Of a DNA stretch of 64,000 nucleotides, positions 44,936 through 57,993 are shown one piece after another (the stretch's first letter is position 1; the number at the start of each line of letters is the position of its first letter). The DNA comes from Rhynchopus sp. YZ270_cl-10. Lineage: Eukaryota. The translations under genes were made by a program, and so were the position numbers. Under the pieces are notes generated by a model. It had not been told where the DNA came from. It ran no database searches and saw nothing but the letters and a program-made list of their open reading frames with translations. The stretch lies in contig OZ037833.1 of NCBI GenBank assembly GCA_964035575.1, forward strand, positions 1,860,001-1,924,000, written 5' to 3'.

Positions 44936-46720
44936 CTACATCTTGCGCCCCAGGCTGACGTGCCCAGTGTTCATCATCACTTTGTAGCGCGCAAGCTGGA
45001 TGACCAGAGGAAGGTAGATCTTGTTGCGCTGCTTGAGGTGCCTTCCCACTTCGATATGGTTCTGTGTGTTGAAGCCGCCGGATGCGCATTCACAGTTGTC
45101 CAGGTAGGAGAGGCATTTATGGAGGTGGCCTTCTCCGACTGCGGTTTCAAGGAGCTGGCACAGGGCTTCGCACTGTGTATGCAGGCTGTCTCTGGAGGAG
45201 ATGCCGTCCAGATGCTGCTCCAGGACAGTCGCCTTGATCTCCGCCTCCAACTCCAACAGCGCGTTCACCGTGAAGTCGAGACCGTCCTCAAAGTCAGAGT
45301 CGTGCGCCTCATCCCCAACAACGCTCATGCACTCTAGGGTCCGTTTGAACTCCTCTTCTGCTTCGCGGAGGAGCGGGCCGGGTTCGATCTCCTCCCTCTT
45401 CTTCTCCCTGCCGCGTGCCTGGGGTAGCGTGGGCAGGCGTGGTGTGTAGGCGGTGTCTGGGGGTGGTGCCCAAGCAAGCATCGGCATGTGCCCCCGTCGG
45501 CGCCTCAAAGTGCCTGCCGCGTAGACCATGGCAAGCACGCCAGCTGCAACCGCCGCGCGCACAGTGCAAGCAAACTTCGCCTCTCGCGGGACCAACACCA
45601 CCTTGTGCACATCGCGGGATAGGAACATTGTTGGGCGGTGCAGCGCACTGTACATATTTTTGTGTGGTTTGGTTGCACTGGGCACCGACTGCGGGGAGAC
45701 ATGCGGCGAAGGAAGCACTTTCGGCGACTTTGACCCTTGCCTCGTGGCCGCCACCGGCACCAACAGACGAGGCATCACCCGCGCACCCTCTGCAGGCGAC
45801 GTCCCTCTCACCGGAGGGGACACCCCTCGCACTGCTGGGACGGAAGAGGATTTGTGAGCGGGCCCTGCACCCCTTGGCTTGGTGTGCTCTGTGGCAGAGC
45901 GTCCTACTGGGGTGCGTTCTGGGAGGAGAAGCGCGTAGTGGGTGAGCATGCGGGAGGAGCTGTAGCGGTAGCGGCAGTCGCGGACGAGCATCTTCTGGAG
46001 AAGGTCACGCAGGGCCTCTGAGTACAGCGCAAGGCTTGGGTGGCGGCTGCGGTCACCACGTTTGATGACCTGGAAGAGCTCATGCGCGTTATGTGCTTTG
46101 TATGGGTACGACAACGTCATCAGCTCATGCAGCAACACCGCTGCCGCCCACACATCGCTTTTTGCATTGTACGGAGCTCCCTGGGCAATCTCGGGTGATA
46201 GGTAGTACGGCGTCCCGAGGGTTGTCCTTGCTAAGTCGCGTGAAGAGTGAAGCTGCTTCGAAATGCCAAAGTCGCCAAGTTTAATAACGGTTTTGTGCTC
46301 TGCGAGAAAGACGTTGGCGCTCTTGAGATCGCGATGCAGAATGTGTATTGAATGCAGATAGCACAGTGCAGACGCAAGCTGCCCCATCCACGACCGGATC
46401 GTCCGCTCATCAAAGTGCCGCTGCCGCTTCCTCTTCTCCTCAATCGCCTGCTTCAAATCTCCACCATCCGCCCACTCCATGCTGATGTAGATCGTCTGCC
46501 CCTCCCTCCACGCCTCATAAAACGCAGTAATGTTCACATGCTTCAGAGACTTCAAAATGGTAATCTCATTCAGTACGCGGCTCCGTTGGTCCCGCGGGAT
46601 GTTCGGCAGCACCTTGAGGACAACATACTTCCCGTCTGCCCGCCTCTCATGCAACTCTGCAAAGCCAAAGCTCCCTTGACCCACCTTTTCAATTTTATTG
46701 AAATCCTTCAAACGAGCCAT
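44936..46720 (-). CDS. NIMA-related (NEK) kinase
   Basis: GQGSFG, HRDLKSANVFL, KLGDFGISK, GTPYYLSPE, YNAKSDVW; the C-terminal half may contain unrecognised introns. Confidence 0.88.
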   Translation of the reverse strand: MARLKDFNKIEKVGQGSFGFAELHERRADGKYVVLKVLPNIPRDQRSRVLNEITILKSLKHVNITAFYEAWREGQTIYISMEWADGGDLKQAIEEKRKRQRHFDERTIRSWMGQLASALCYLHSIHILHRDLKSANVFLAEHKTVIKLGDFGISKQLHSSRDLARTTLGTPYYLSPEIAQGAPYNAKSDVWAAAVLLHELMTLSYPYKAHNAHELFQVIKRGDRSRHPSLALYSEALRDLLQKMLVRDCRYRYSSSRMLTHYALLLPERTPVGRSATEHTKPRGAGPAHKSSSVPAVRGVSPPVRGTSPAEGARVMPRLLVPVAATRQGSKSPKVLPSPHVSPQSVPSATKPHKNMYSALHRPTMFLSRDVHKVVLVPREAKFACTVRAAVAAGVLAMVYAAGTLRRRRGHMPMLAWAPPPDTAYTPRLPTLPQARGREKKREEIEPGPLLREAEEEFKRTLECMSVVGDEAHDSDFEDGLDFTVNALLELEAEIKATVLEQHLDGISSRDSLHTQCEALCQLLETAVGEGHLHKCLSYLDNCECASGGFNTQNHIEVGRHLKQRNKIYLPLVIQLARYKVMMNTGHVSLGRKM

Positions 46721-47626
46721 TTTCCCCCCCCTTTTAAATCTGATGCAAAAAGTATTGAATTGATGCAAAATTCACAGAATTTTGAGATACAATACAAAAG
46801 GGAGAAATAAAGAGACGGGATGGATAACTTTTTTTTTTTCTCTAAAATTTCTACTAAACTGGCATAAAATGAAGTACTAATAGTTGCAAAACGCTCTAGG
46901 ACGCAGACACCTGACACTCCGTGGAGGTATGCGAACCCCCCCCCCCCCCCCCCCGGAGTGGTGCACATTGGGAGTTGCTGACAAGGGAAACTGTAAGCTA
47001 TTAATTTAAAAAAAAAAAACGCAGGTTTTTTGTTGGATTGGGAGAGGGAGAGGGAGGGAGGGGGTTTTTTGGGTAATCTATCCCTCCCTTTTGCTCTAAT
47101 TAGAGAGATCTAAACATACTGCGTTGAAGGAAAAACAAGAGAAAAGTGGTAAATATGACGTCCAAGCTAACTGGGTCAACAAAGAAAAAGAACTAACATC
47201 ATATACGTTGCATTCAAAGAAAGAGGCCAAGGACGTTCAAAAAAAAAAAAAACAAAAAAAGAATCATGTCTTGAATGTACAGTGAGAAGCACATTTTTTT
47301 TTTTTTCAACTCCGTCAAAAAAAGAAACCCAACACTATCATTAAAGCGAAGAGTGAAGTGAGGTTGAAAGTGCAGGAGAAAAATAAAGCAAAATTACCCA
47401 AAGCTCTAACGTTTGTATTTAATAAACAGGACTGACTATTCTTTTGCACTTTTTTGATAAATTGTTGGGGTAGTGTAGTTGTCTCGGTTGTGTTGCCACA
47501 GGTGTGCAATCTCCACTGTACTACTGTGTTTTTTTTATTGCCACCAGAAAATCGAATGCCATTTGCGACAAAAACAAATCTATGTTTGAACTTTACTAAA
47601 AACGTCTCCCTGAATTGAACGGTTTC

Positions 47627-50600
47627 TCAACTTGCCAGAGGAGATGCGTCCCGCCTGCGCCTCTTGGCTGTGCACTGATGGGGTGGGGCGGTGCCTCCGT
47701 ACTTGGTAGGGCCGTCTGGGTTGTCGCAGACCCAACACCCGGTTCTGCCCTTTGATTTGTGCAGATTGAACTCTTGTGGAACTGTGATGGAATCTCTGTT
47801 AATGTCGCGGGGTATGGAGCTGGGGGTAGCGGTCCGCCTGCTTTGGGGGTCGGAGCTGGCGGATTTGGCGCGACTGCCCTTCTGTACCTGGAGCTTCACA
47901 AGCTGTTCTTTAACAGAAGTGAGCTGCGCAGCGAACCCCTTCTTCAGAGACTCCTTCTCGTCCTCCAAGGCCTCGATCTCGTCAAGTGCCTGTCTATACT
48001 TATCCTTGTAGTCCTTCCGCGCCACCTCCTTCTCCTCCAGCTTCTCAGAAAGCTTCTCTGCAGCATGGCGCATCTCGTCGTACTGTGTGTTTGTGTCCTG
48101 CAGCTGAGACTTTAAGGTGTCGTTCTCCTTCTCGACGGCAGCGACTACTGCGGCAGGGACGCTGTGAGGAGGTTTGATAATAGTATGTGTTGCCAGAGCA
48201 ATAGTGAGTTACAGAGTGGATTGGTGGGGTGGGTTCGTTGGTGCTTATCAATTGTGCTCTATTTATTGGAGAGTTAAAAAGAGAGGTAGCATACCCGTGG
48301 TGCTGTTGCTGTTGGTGTTGCTGCTCTCTCTGTTGGTTGGACGGAGACCGTGAGGGGTGGCGTTGTACACTTGAATGTGGTGACACTACACGGGATACGG
48401 AACGTGCTCCAACGTCGCCAGCGTTTCTGTTCCGGCTTAGTGCAAGGTTGCTCTGTCATGGTATTTTTTATTGTAGTTTTCCTGAATTAAGACTATACCT
48501 GTGCCGCATCCAGTTGCTCTTGAACGGAGTCCCGTGCTCCCTCTGCACGCGACAGTCGTTCTTCGAGAAGACGTTTCTGCGCCTCAAACTTCTCCTTCTG
48601 CATAGACAGCAGCTGCGACGCCTTGCGCTCCGCACCGGTGCTGTTCCTGAGAGACGTGGAACGCTTGTCGCCCTCGATTTCCATGCTGCGTACCTGAGCC
48701 TCAAGAAGCTCGCTACGCGCCTTCAGCTCTTTGATCTCACGCGGTGCGGCGTCAAGCTTGTTCGCGACGATGACGTGCAGACGTCTGGTACATGCCACCA
48801 GACCAATGCTGTCCTCATCTTCACCCGACTTCGTGCTCTTCAGAAGCATCCTTGTACATTCGCGAGGGGGTGCTGAGGCGATCGCTGTGTGGTTGAGTGC
48901 TGAAGCTATGCCGCACCCATGCGAAGTAGTGTCACATACCATTCCCCAGCTGGAGCAGCTGTGCAATGTGCGCCTTGACCCGCTCCATGCTCTGCTCAGG
49001 TGCACTGCTGTACGCCTGCGCAGCGTACTTCGACTTGACAGCGTCAAGGATCGGCTGTCCCGGAAGCACTTTGTGCGCAAGGTAGCTGAGCTCTGTGACA
49101 ATGTTGGTGCAGAGCGTGTCCAGATGCCAGGCAATGTCCGGAAGGGTAGGAACAGGCGACTCCGAGACAACGGGGACCTGTTGATGTTAGAGGTGGGTGA
49201 GAAAAAGATAAGGGCAAGATGAACCTTAGCCTTAGGAAGAAACAACCTAGCATACCTTCCCAACAAGCTCCTCCAGCTTGTTCGTGATCGAAAACATGGC
49301 CCGCTCTATCTCATACAGCTCGCGCGGGTCGCCCCCCTTAGCGCGTTGCGGAGAGACGCTGGTGGTGCTCATGTTGGGGTGGTGTCTGTTGTGTGCGAAG
49401 TCGTGTGAGAGGGCTTCACTCACGGCCTCGTCCATGAAGCGCTGCTGCTGACGCTGCGGCTGTGCGTGGAGGTCGAACATATGTCTGTCCGAGAGCGTGG
49501 AGCCACGGTCGCCTTGGTACTCATCGCGTGGGTGGTACTGCGGCATTGTCGAGGAGAGGTGCACATCAGGTGGTGGCGGCGGGCGTGACGGCGGCTCCAT
49601 GCGAGGCTGCAACGCCTGCTTGACACTGAGCTGCTCCTGCTGGTGGTTGACCTGCTGCTGCAGACCCTCCTTCTCCCTCAGCAGTGTACGGCGCTGCTCC
49701 TCCATGTCTTTGATCGTGTCGAGGGAGGACCGGTTTGCATCCACCTTCTCCTCGATCAATCCCTGCAAGTGCAGCAGTGCACTACGCAGGTACGCAGCAG
49801 TCGTCAGCACATCCTGCGATTGGGGTGGCGACACACCTGCACCCACCGCAGACGAGATGGCATCGACGCTGTGGACCAGCTCTTGGAGCGCCTTCTGGAG
49901 TGCGGCAGACTCGGATTTGATGTTGCTGAGTGTGTTCGACATGGTGGCGATGTGGTTCAGGATGGTGGTAGGGCTGCCGTCGGGCTTCACTGGGGGTGTG
50001 CGGCTTGGTGCGCGTGATGAGGTGGGAGAGGAGGAGACCTCTGACGGTGTGTCCTGGCGGAGCTTGCCCAGGGCGTCCGTGCAGACAGAGTCGAGGGCAA
50101 TGACCTTGGCGCTGATGCCTCCAAAGAAGTCCTCCTGCAGCTGCAGCTCCTCAATCTCGCCCTCAGCCTCCTCCAGCTTGCGGGTGAGCGTTTCGTTGTC
50201 CTTGCGCACAGTGAGGTACGATTGGTACGCACGCACCGCAATGACCTCTTTGAACTCGTCTTCCTCGTCCTCGTCGCCTGAAGGGTCCGTCTCGCGTCCA
50301 GCAGCATTGTCCGCATCGTCCATCATCTCCTTCGCATAAGATACAAACATGTTCGCACTCTCCAACTTCCGTTTCAAATGTCCACGACTCTCATTCGCAT
50401 CCTGCAGATCCTCACGCACCCCAGCCACATCGTCCTGAGCCTTCTCCAGGTCTTGCTTCAATTCAAGGTTCTGCCGAATAAGCTTCGCCTTCTCCGCAGC
50501 TGACGCAGCTGACACCTCAATCAGATGCTGCACACGCTCCGACACATTGTCGGCAGTCACCCCCGGGTCCTGTCTGTTTGCCTGATGTGACGGTGTCTCC

Positions 50601-53600
50601 TGCCCTAGTAGGGTGGCCTGGATGCGTTGCAGTGCGGTGTGCGCCTCTTGGAGGTCTGCTTCGAGCGTTTTCTCGTTTTCTGCGCTTTGCAGCGTTGTGC
50701 GGAATGTGTCCACAACTTGGGTGCAGCGTTGTCTGAAGGCTTCCATCTTGTCTGCGTCTGCTTTGAAGTCGTCTGTGTGTGGTGCAGGCGACTCTGTTGG
50801 TGGTGACGGTGGTGGCTGCCTCCTCGGTGGGCTGCCTATCGACGCGGCTGTCAGTGGCGACAACGAGAAACGTGTCTCCGGCACTTCCATTGCACCCTTT
50901 GAGGGTACCCCCTGCACCTCGCTCAGCAATGTCTCCATCATTATTTCCAAGCTCTGCACACGGGTGCGCGCCTCGCGGCCTTCACGCACCTCAGAGAGAA
51001 GCTTCGACACACCACTGACAACCGCATCCCAGGTGTTGTCACCGTCGCATGGTGCAGACGGCATGAGGCCAAGCACGCTAAGGACATCCGTCACCGCGTT
51101 CAGTAAGTGCAGGTGGCGCATGTCAGTCTTCGCGGCGTGTGCCTTGCTCTCCTCTGCATCCGTAGAGCTCGTCATGACCTGTTCACGCATCTGCGAGACC
51201 TGCCCAGCAGTCTCAGAAAGAGTCACAACAGCTTCGTAGAGGGACCTCGAGGTGGCCTCAATGTCAATGTCGCTGGACAGCTCGTCTGCAACGGGCACGG
51301 CAGTGACCTCCGTCACGACACACATACGCACCAGCTCTTTTGAGGTTTTGGCGTACTGCTTCTTGATGCTTTTCAGGCGCTGCTCAAGGTCGATGCGTCG
51401 CGAACGCTCCCCCGCATGGTCCTGTGTCAGCACCTGATGCTGTCTGTTGAGCGCCATGACCCTCTCCTCCAGACGCCATATGGTATTGAACGCCTTTTTG
51501 CCTTCGTCCTCTTGCTCGCGTGGTGGTGGTGTGCGGCTGCGCGAAGCTTTGTCTTCGAGGATGTCGAGCAAGGGTGCGAGGCGGCGTGTCACTTCGTCGT
51601 GCAGCTTGCGCCATGCGGTGCGTGCACGCTCGCCTTCCTTCTTTTGGACGGCACGGTCGCTTTCAAAGGCAGCGAGACGTTCGCCAACACAGGACACAAG
51701 GTCGTCCAGGGAGCTGCCTGCAGGCGCCTGCGATGCAAGGAAACGCAACTGCTCCACAGTCCCCTCGGGAACCGACTGAGGCGACCCTGGTGTCTCCAAC
51801 TGCTCCGGTGTACGCACCTTGCCCCCAACACGCGCAGTGAGACGTGTAATCGACTCCTGCAGGACAAACTCGGGCACATCTTCGTTTCTGCGGCTGAGGC
51901 TCATGGAGCGGGCTTCGTTCTTGCTGGGCATGATCTTGTCCACAGCGGCGGCGCTGGAGAGGACAGCGGAGGACAACCGCTGCAGACGTGTATGCGTGCC
52001 TGAGTAGCGCCCGACCAGGTCCGCCACACACGCAGCCGCCATCTGGCTGACTGCGTGCACCTCAGACTCACCCTCCTTCGGGCCCTTCATTTTCCCCACC
52101 TCAGCTGCCGCCGCGATGATGGTTTGAAGGGTGGCAAGCACTCTGGTACGCTCCCCGCCGTACTTCTCCACCACAGCAGACGCGGCTGTGGTGTAGTGGT
52201 CCAACTCATTGACCGCAACCTCTAGCGAGTCACCTTCTATGCTTTGGAAGGTCGACGGCGGACGCGAGCCTTCACCAATATCCCCTGGAAGGTCTTGGCA
52301 GGACAATGCCGCACGCAGACGAGAGGTGAAATGCTGCACGGTCCTCAGCAACACCTTTTCACCCCCATAGCCAGAGCTTGGCTGCGACATCTTGAAGTGA
52401 TCGAGCGCACGCTTCCAACGCGACATTGTTACTGTCAACCTGCTGAGAGAATCATCTGAGGGTGTCACCATGAGATCCACTCCACGGTCTGCCCCTGCAG
52501 GCACGCCTACTAGGGATTCAACGTGGGGGAGGATGACACGAAGGTTTTCTTCTACGTTGTCGAGGACATAGTCACGCTCAATACGGTAGGATGCGTCTTT
52601 GTTGCCACCTTTGACAAGAGTTTGGAGGAGAGCTTCGAGGTCGTGAAGGGCGCCTGAGGAGAAGTCGTCGCTGTCTTCATCGATGTCGTCGCCGATGTGA
52701 ACATGGCGCTTTGCAGGCGAGCGGTAGTCATAGCTTGATATGATGTTCTGTATCTTCGACATGATACGCCGCGAATGTGTCTCCAACTCCGCAGCACGTC
52801 TCTCTGCACTTCGCACCCTCTGTGTCAACCCCTCCACCGCAGCCTCCACACTGTTCAAATCCACCTGCCCCGAACCCCACTGTTTGTCACCTGCACGAAG
52901 CATTGCATAAATCTTGTGCATCGTCCCTTCGCTCTGGTGGAGGATTGCTTCATCGTCAGAAGTGTTTGTATCATGGTTGTTGCCTCGTTTGCGAGACAGT
53001 GCTAAAACCTTAGGCAAAGTGTCTAACTTTAGTTTTAAGGGTTCGGTCGAAATAAAATCAAATTCTCGATCGAATTCACCAAAAAATCTGTTCAGGGCAA
53101 CGTTGCAAGCATCCAGCTCAGCTTCGAGCTCAAAGTTTTTGTCCCGTTTTTCTTGGTAGAGGAGGTGCAGCTCTGAGAGCTTTTCTTCTACAGAGAGAGT
53201 ATCCGTTTTGGGCAGTTTTATTTCAATTTCGCTGAGCTCCCCTGAAGCGTCACGGAGCGAAAGCTTTGAAGGGTCGAGAATGATTTCTGAGAGGATATCG
53301 CCTATATGCGCTATACGGCGTGTCTCTGTCTGCCGCGCTGCAGTTGCCTCTGCGAGAAGTTGCTTCGCCTCCTGCAGCTCGCTCTGCACCTTCGCCTCCC
53401 TTCCACACGCCGCTTCAATATGCACCACCGCAGTGCGCAACACAGCCTCGATATCTCTATCTTTCATTCTATCCGCATCTTCTGGTGAAACCAACTCCAA
53501 AATCGATCCAGACAGATTTAAAATATGCTTCATCCTCGTAGAAGTCGCTTCCTGCGGATTCTGCGGCATTTTTGATAACGAAATCTGCTTTGCTCTGGTA

Positions 53601-54634
53601 ATAAGAGAGATTACCGTTGGAGACGCCGCGTGCACTGCAGAGTCAAATCCAAACGCGGACGTCATTTCGCTCAAATCTTTGAGAGATTTGCTAGAAAAAT
53701 CTTCAAGGTGAGAGGAGCAATTCGCTATATAGTCTATAAAGGATGACGCAGAGGAGAGCGGTGCAGGGAAAGGTACTATATTAGCTACGATACGCCCTAA
53801 GCGTTTCAATGCGGATGCAAGGTTATCCTCTACTGCAGTGAGAAGCCGTTCGGAGTCTAACATCGTTTTGTCTATACCTTCATCAACAGAGGCCTCAGAA
53901 GACACAACACGCCCGACAAGACCGAACTTCCCCATGACCGCTAACAACGTACTATGTGAGGCTGCTATCTTCTCCTTCTGCATGGACAGCTCTCTTCGAG
54001 AGGGGGAAGGCGGCATCGGGCTTGCCCCTGCCGCATGCTTCACAGAGCACGGCCGAATGACGTCGTCCAACAACGTCGCCAACCTACACCGTACATTCAA
54101 CACCGACTCCGCAAAGTCCAGCGTATCCACCTCCCCTAGCTTCCGATGTACCTTTACAAAGTCCTGTGGAAGGGTTGAAACAGTGTGCGTTGATTTGACA
54201 TGCTCTATAACTCCCTCCATCTCTTGGATGAGGCGGGTCATCAAAGCAATCTCGGGGTGTTGCTGTTGTGGACGTTTCGCAACGAGGCCTGCAGAGACGA
54301 GGGACTGCTGCTGGCGGAGCATGCGGGTGGCGTTGTCTAGCTCCTTCTGCTGCTGCTGGAACTTTGAGGTCAGTTCCGAGAGTTCGTGTTTGGTGTCCCC
54401 ATACTGCCCAAGGACTTCTTTGCAAAGCGCCCTCAGTGATTCGGGGTGGCTGTTCAACGTATCATCAAGACGTTCAGTGTACAACGCAATGTCCAGGTTG
54501 ATGCGCTCTATTCGCGCAGATGACCCCGGAGTACCAGGCCCACGTGACACTGCAGGTGATTCAAAGCGTGATGACAGCTCCGTCATCATCTGCCCTGTAT
54601 CATCCAAGCGGGACTCCAAATTCACCGCCGTCAT
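47627..54634 (-). CDS. Giant coiled-coil protein (~2200 aa), 5 exons
   Basis: A 1795-aa ORF continued in frame through GT-AG introns at about 49178-49255, 48873-48939, 48453-48498 and 48162-48294 to the stop at 47627. Confidence 0.7.
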
Positions 54635-54789
54635 CTAATTTTTAGTGTATTTTTTCTGAGAGAAGGGGGACGATTTAATCAAGATGCTTAGTCAAAAAAA
54701 AGCAGAAAAAAATAATGACGGTTAGTGACTATTTTGGTGTTACGGGGGGGGTTATGTGGGGGGTGTTTTATTTTTTGTGTTGCTTTCTC

Positions 54790-56766
54790 TCAACACCGCA
54801 CCTTAGTTGGGAGGAGCGTCTGCACACTTTTGTTTGCGTAGACCGGGTGTTGGCAGAGGAATTCTGTGGGCATGAGGTCGGACGACTGCATGCTGGCGAT
54901 GAGGGGGGACACCTGCGATTTGTACATGGTGTCGGCTGTGGTTGGGTGCACGTTTCGACAGGAGCCGTGCAGCCAGCACTTCCAGACGTAGGCGAAATGC
55001 TTGGAGAAGGCGAACAAAATGTGCGGGCCGAGGGAGAGTGCGGTCTTGTCTCCATGGGACGCTTCGTGCTGCGAGTCAAGCTCCGTGGAGAGCACTGCCA
55101 CCAAATCCTCTAAGGACGGCACATAACGGATGTCTGTGTACGCAAGGACATGGGAGACACGCCCTGGGAACGGCAGCGCGTACCCTGCAGCCAACTCTGC
55201 ATCCCCCGTGCACTGCGCCGTGGTGAACTTCACTGCCGCAAGAAGCGTGCGTTCACGCAGCGTCCTGAACGTCCCCGCATTGAGCTTCACCTCCTGCCCC
55301 GCACACTGCACCACCTCAACCGTCGCAAACGGGGTTGACAATACATGCGACAGAACAAAGCTGAGCAGCTCCCCCTCCGTCCGCCCCTCGCCCATAAACC
55401 CTACAATATGTATGTTGTCGGAGTAGTACCGCCTCACCTGTCGTAAAAAGGAGACACGCTGCGACGTCACAAAACGGCGCAGTGGTGCAAACTCCTTCGA
55501 AACCTCTTCAAACGAGCCAAGAATCTCCTGCACCCGTTTGTTCAGAGTCACCATATCCCCAGGGGCGATCTTAAAGCGTGCAGGAATAGGAAGGTCCAAA
55601 TCGTCTGCGCCATTTCCGTCACGGTCGGTGATGATGCAGCACCCAAAGAGCGCAGCTTCGTACACAAAACGTTCTGCACCAGGCATCTTCATGTCGATAC
55701 ACACTTTAGCCTTTGCGTACAACGCGTACAACACCTCTGGCTTGAGACCCTGCGCAATCCTTGTTGTAAAGCTGACTGCACCCTTTAGGACAAAGTCCTT
55801 TTCGGTGAGGCCTGCATCTGCGTCGTACATGACTAGGTTTTCTTTGTCTTTGAATGAAGGATCCTTGAGGACTGCGGCGCTGCTGAGCTTATGGATATGC
55901 GGGGAGATGTACGGGTACATGACTGCCCTGGTGGAGATATGCATATAATCCTTCGCGATGTAGTGCGTATGGGCGGATATCGTGCAGTCCTCACGGTTGT
56001 TCTTCTTCCACACTGTGAGGTGCCACTGCAGCTGACGGCCCTTGCCTTGGAAGTACTGGAGGTTCTGCCTGCACTTCCAAGTTTCCGTTTCGATGAACAC
56101 ATCCTCCGGCTTCCCTGTCGTCAACCACTCATCATATGAACCAAACCAACGCAACTCCGGGCTCCGTGCAAGCTCCGTCGAATATGCCTTCTTAAAAAAC
56201 GGTTTAATCTCCATACCCTGCTTATTCTTTCTTGTATCCAACGTTGTTCTGAACCCCCAAAACAACAGCGCCAAATGCATTTGTATCAATGCTTCGGGAC
56301 CCCCCTTTTGGATGCCAACATGGATCACTCTGAAATTCGCTGCAGTGTTTGCTTTATAGTTCTCAGACAGAATGAAGGGGCAGGAGTTATCCTCAATATC
56401 TTCACAGGTTACTGCGAAGGATGGGGTTGAAGAATCGATGCACCGTCCGCTGGATTGGTCTACCTCAAATGAGTCTGCGTTCGCACACCAATAGCACCCA
56501 GATTGGGTAAGACAGTTTCCACAACTACGGTGCGCTGCGCATGGGGGAGGAGGAGTAGAAGGCGCCTCCGTTGCCGTTGTGACCAAGGCTGTGCTGGGGC
56601 GAACCTTTTTCTTTTGTGTCTGAGGGTCCGGTACTCCCTCATCAATGTCCGTTGACACCCGGAACACTCCAGCTAAAGCCATGCACCCCGCCAGCACCAT
56701 CACCACCACCAACACTCCTTTATACGATCGCACCCATCTCCACGAGTCATTTCCCCGCCTCCGCAT
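54790..56766 (-). CDS. Type II membrane protein with a PSI-like Cys domain and a GT-B glycosyltransferase-like domain
   Basis: N-terminal TM (VLVVVMVLAGCMALAGVF); CAAHRSCGNCLTQSGCYWC; GGPEALIQMH; LYAKAKVCID..PGAERFVYEAALFGCCII. Confidence 0.6.
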   Translation of the reverse strand: MRRRGNDSWRWVRSYKGVLVVVMVLAGCMALAGVFRVSTDIDEGVPDPQTQKKKVRPSTALVTTATEAPSTPPPPCAAHRSCGNCLTQSGCYWCANADSFEVDQSSGRCIDSSTPSFAVTCEDIEDNSCPFILSENYKANTAANFRVIHVGIQKGGPEALIQMHLALLFWGFRTTLDTRKNKQGMEIKPFFKKAYSTELARSPELRWFGSYDEWLTTGKPEDVFIETETWKCRQNLQYFQGKGRQLQWHLTVWKKNNREDCTISAHTHYIAKDYMHISTRAVMYPYISPHIHKLSSAAVLKDPSFKDKENLVMYDADAGLTEKDFVLKGAVSFTTRIAQGLKPEVLYALYAKAKVCIDMKMPGAERFVYEAALFGCCIITDRDGNGADDLDLPIPARFKIAPGDMVTLNKRVQEILGSFEEVSKEFAPLRRFVTSQRVSFLRQVRRYYSDNIHIVGFMGEGRTEGELLSFVLSHVLSTPFATVEVVQCAGQEVKLNAGTFRTLRERTLLAAVKFTTAQCTGDAELAAGYALPFPGRVSHVLAYTDIRYVPSLEDLVAVLSTELDSQHEASHGDKTALSLGPHILFAFSKHFAYVWKCWLHGSCRNVHPTTADTMYKSQVSPLIASMQSSDLMPTEFLCQHPVYANKSVQTLLPTKVRC

Positions 56767-56861
56767 CGCGAACAGAATAAACCTCTACGCTATATCACCA
56801 TTTGTGTATCGGAGGGGTCGGGCCTGAGTAGAAATGAATAAAAATCTAAAGAAAAGTTTGA

Positions 56862-56966
56862 AAGTTGAAATACAAAGCCCTCTCGTAACAGTGTACCTTG
56901 GTATGACCGGGTGGGGGGTTGGACCCCCAACCATGCAGTCCTACATCCATTTCGTGGTTTACACTG
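56862..56966 (-). repeat. Family C copy upstream of the glycosyltransferase-like gene
   Basis: AAGTTGAAATACAAAGCCCTCTCGTAACAGTGTAC...; its minus-strand 3' end TTTGTATTTCAACTT parallels family A. Confidence 0.7.
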
Positions 56967-57993
56967 AAAAGAAGGAGAGATAAGGAGAGATAAGGAGAGA
57001 GGAGAGAGAAAAAAGGGGGGGTCTTTTTTTTTAAAATTCTGGCCTTTCGAAAAAGGTTTTATGTTTTCTGACAGAGGGGAAAGACGTGTTTCCACATAGA
57101 TTACTTATGACACGCGACTTCAGACTGAGCGTGGTGAAAAAAAGGGGGGGGTATTTTTTGTGGCAAAAAAAAGGGGGTTTTTTTGGGAAAGGGCAAACAA
57201 CCGGAAGAAAAAAAAGATAACCCATTTATTTCTCCCAGAAATAAAATATATGCAGAATATGGGTTCTATGAGAGGGTTGTGTGGTGTGCCTAGTTAAGAA
57301 AAGGAATGGAAGGTTGGAAGATGTATAAAACCTCTCGGGAATACGCATCTTTCGACAGTCTAAAAAAAAGAATGAAAAATAAAAGCTTGAAAAATCTTAT
57401 GTTTGTTAAAAACCGAATTACCGCAAAAAAAAAAAAATAAGAGAGAAAAGTTTGAAGAATGATTCTGCGCCTTACTCACCCTCAAACAAAATACCGGAAA
57501 GGACGCAACACAAAGCCCAACTCCCTTTCATCACGAACGCACCGTCTTTTCAAAGGCAACACAAAGAACGGAGCGTCCCCCACTGGGCTTCTCTTCTCCC
57601 CTTAATGTTGACCAATAAAGACAACCTTTTTTGTGTACCAAATTTTTTTGTATGGCGTTTTCACTCTTGTCATTACTGACATGAGAGAAAAACCCCTCCC
57701 CATTTCACCCCCACCCCCCCTCAGAGCAATGAGTTGAGCCAATCGCCTTGACTTCTTTCCGAGCGACCTGTTGTGTTTTTTTACATTTTTTTTTTGGGGG
57801 GGGGGGCTTTTTGAGAAATCCGAGAAAACTCTCACACAAAGTCTCCGCATATTTTCTTATGCATAATGTGGTTGCTGATGAGCTACCACAGACATCTTCA
57901 AAAAACACACAATCCAAATGCATATACTTTCAAATAAAATTTGAAAGCATTAGGGAAGTGTATAAAAAACAACAACAACACAATCCGAACATT

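Noticed and set aside
46981..47010. Minus-strand AGCTTACAGTTTC resembling the euglenozoan spliced-leader core
   Set aside because: Short match only; no following donor GT or Sm site; equally explained as an ACAG acceptor
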